Origin: an uncultured Acidobacteriota bacterium
GTDB lineage: Bacteria > Acidobacteriota > Terriglobia > UBA7540
Assembly: GCA_963804995.1 (NCBI GenBank)
Contig: CAWDSK010000006.1
Span: 1,408,001-1,472,000 of the forward strand
Reading direction: 5' to 3'
Length of the DNA: 64,000 bases
Shown here: positions 63,225 to 64,000 of the stretch, in pieces
Position numbering within the stretch: the first letter of the stretch is position 1
Layout of the letters: each line of letters opens with the position of its first letter
Made by a program: the position numbers and the translations under genes
Notes under the pieces: model-generated
Databases searched by the model: none
What the model saw: only the letters and a program-made list of their open reading frames with translations
What the model was told of the DNA's origin: nothing

Positions 63225-63384
63225 GCATGGCAGACCCCCGATTTGGGGGCCCGTGGAACTTCGGTAGAAAGTGCTGCCTGGACGCATCATGGCGCTACGC
63301 TTCCTCACCTCTATTGTGCTCCCAACTGACTGGGCTATGTCAATAGGCAATGTACGCTTTTGGGCTACCGGTAGCCCAAAAATG
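63225..63384. repeat. ~155-bp direct repeat, copy 2, with perfect 24-bp palindrome
   Basis: TTTTGGGCTACCGGTAGCCCAAAA at 63358..63381. Confidence 0.9.
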
Positions 63385-63478
63385 AAATAGATCGGACAAC
63401 TCGCCCGTTTGATGCAGCGCTGACCAGTTTTTCACGCCCCTTCCTGGTGGCTAGTGTATGCTTCGCGGCATCGGGCAG

Positions 63479-63689
63479 CTAGTGTGGTGTCCCGTGCTAG
63501 AGTTGACAATGGGTAGAACCCCCTCACCCGTCTGGCATCGGCTGATGAGAACGCCTCGGCCAGCCACCCTCTCCCCCAAAGGGGCGAGGGCAAGAAAATT
63601 AACTCTCCCCTCGCCCCTTTGGGGGAGAGGGGCTGGGGGGTGAGGGGGTCGGACAGCCTTGTCAAATATTAACCGGGACACCACACTAG
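63479..63689. mobile_element. IS630-like MITE with REP-like cargo, copy 2
   Basis: Differs from 43916..44124 by a few substitutions and a 2-nt indel. Confidence 0.85.
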
Positions 63690-63719
63690 AATGACGCGCC
63701 GTTCGAGGAGCCCGTTCTG

Positions 63720-64000
63720 ATGCGTCTGGTTTACACTGCGGACCTGCACGGTGATCTCACCCTCTACCGCGCCGCGGGTGAGGCGGCGGTCCGGCTGCGG
63801 GCCGACGCACTGATTTTCGGTGGTGACCTTTGCCCCGGCACGCCTTCGGGTGCCTCTCTGCGCCTGCCGATCAACCAGCCGGAGTTCATCCTGTACCAGC
63901 TTTCGCCGCTCATTTACGAGTGGAAGGAGGCACATCCTACCCTGCGCGTGTTCGCGATCCCGGGCAACGACGACTGCCAGACCGTTCTGCCCGCGCTCGA
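63720..64000 (+). CDS. Metallophosphoesterase (3'-truncated by window edge)
   Basis: MRLVYTADLHG, FGGDL, IPGNDD; GAGGAG RBS. Confidence 0.88.
   Translation, partial: MRLVYTADLHGDLTLYRAAGEAAVRLRADALIFGGDLCPGTPSGASLRLPINQPEFILYQLSPLIYEWKEAHPTLRVFAIPGNDDCQTVLPAL

Overview
GC-rich bacterial chromosomal segment, inferred to be Acidobacteriota (Terriglobia-like) from the acidobacterial-type VWA protein, carboxypeptidase-domain TonB receptor, Tat-exported Gfo/Idh/MocA protein and LpxD/LpxL. It holds about 50 genes: housekeeping and envelope genes (uvrA, lpxD, lipid A acyltransferase, two DsbA-like proteins, GH97, M28 peptidase, ClC, Csp, desaturase), an M-box riboswitch-controlled Nramp-like/MgtE-domain Mg2+ locus with two unannotated small membrane ORFs, a GNAT/DUF1778 toxin-antitoxin pair, an ATPase-less metal-uptake operon and a TonB receptor locus. 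It also has a complete IS1595 element with a passenger gene and a degenerate Rhs-Tlde1 toxin/immunity cassette bracketed by ~155-bp direct repeats. The most notable signal is two paralogous HHH/CxxC/R[AS]PP upstream ORFs (CruR/CutF/DUF2946-like arrest peptides) in front of metal-transport genes; in one, the arrest codons visibly base-pair with the downstream Shine-Dalgarno. Intergenic DNA is saturated with REP/REPIN-like palindromes, MITEs nested inside each other and heptamer repeats. Several single-base frameshifts are probably sequence errors. No rRNA, tRNA or CRISPR array was seen. All calls are by eye; no searches were run.
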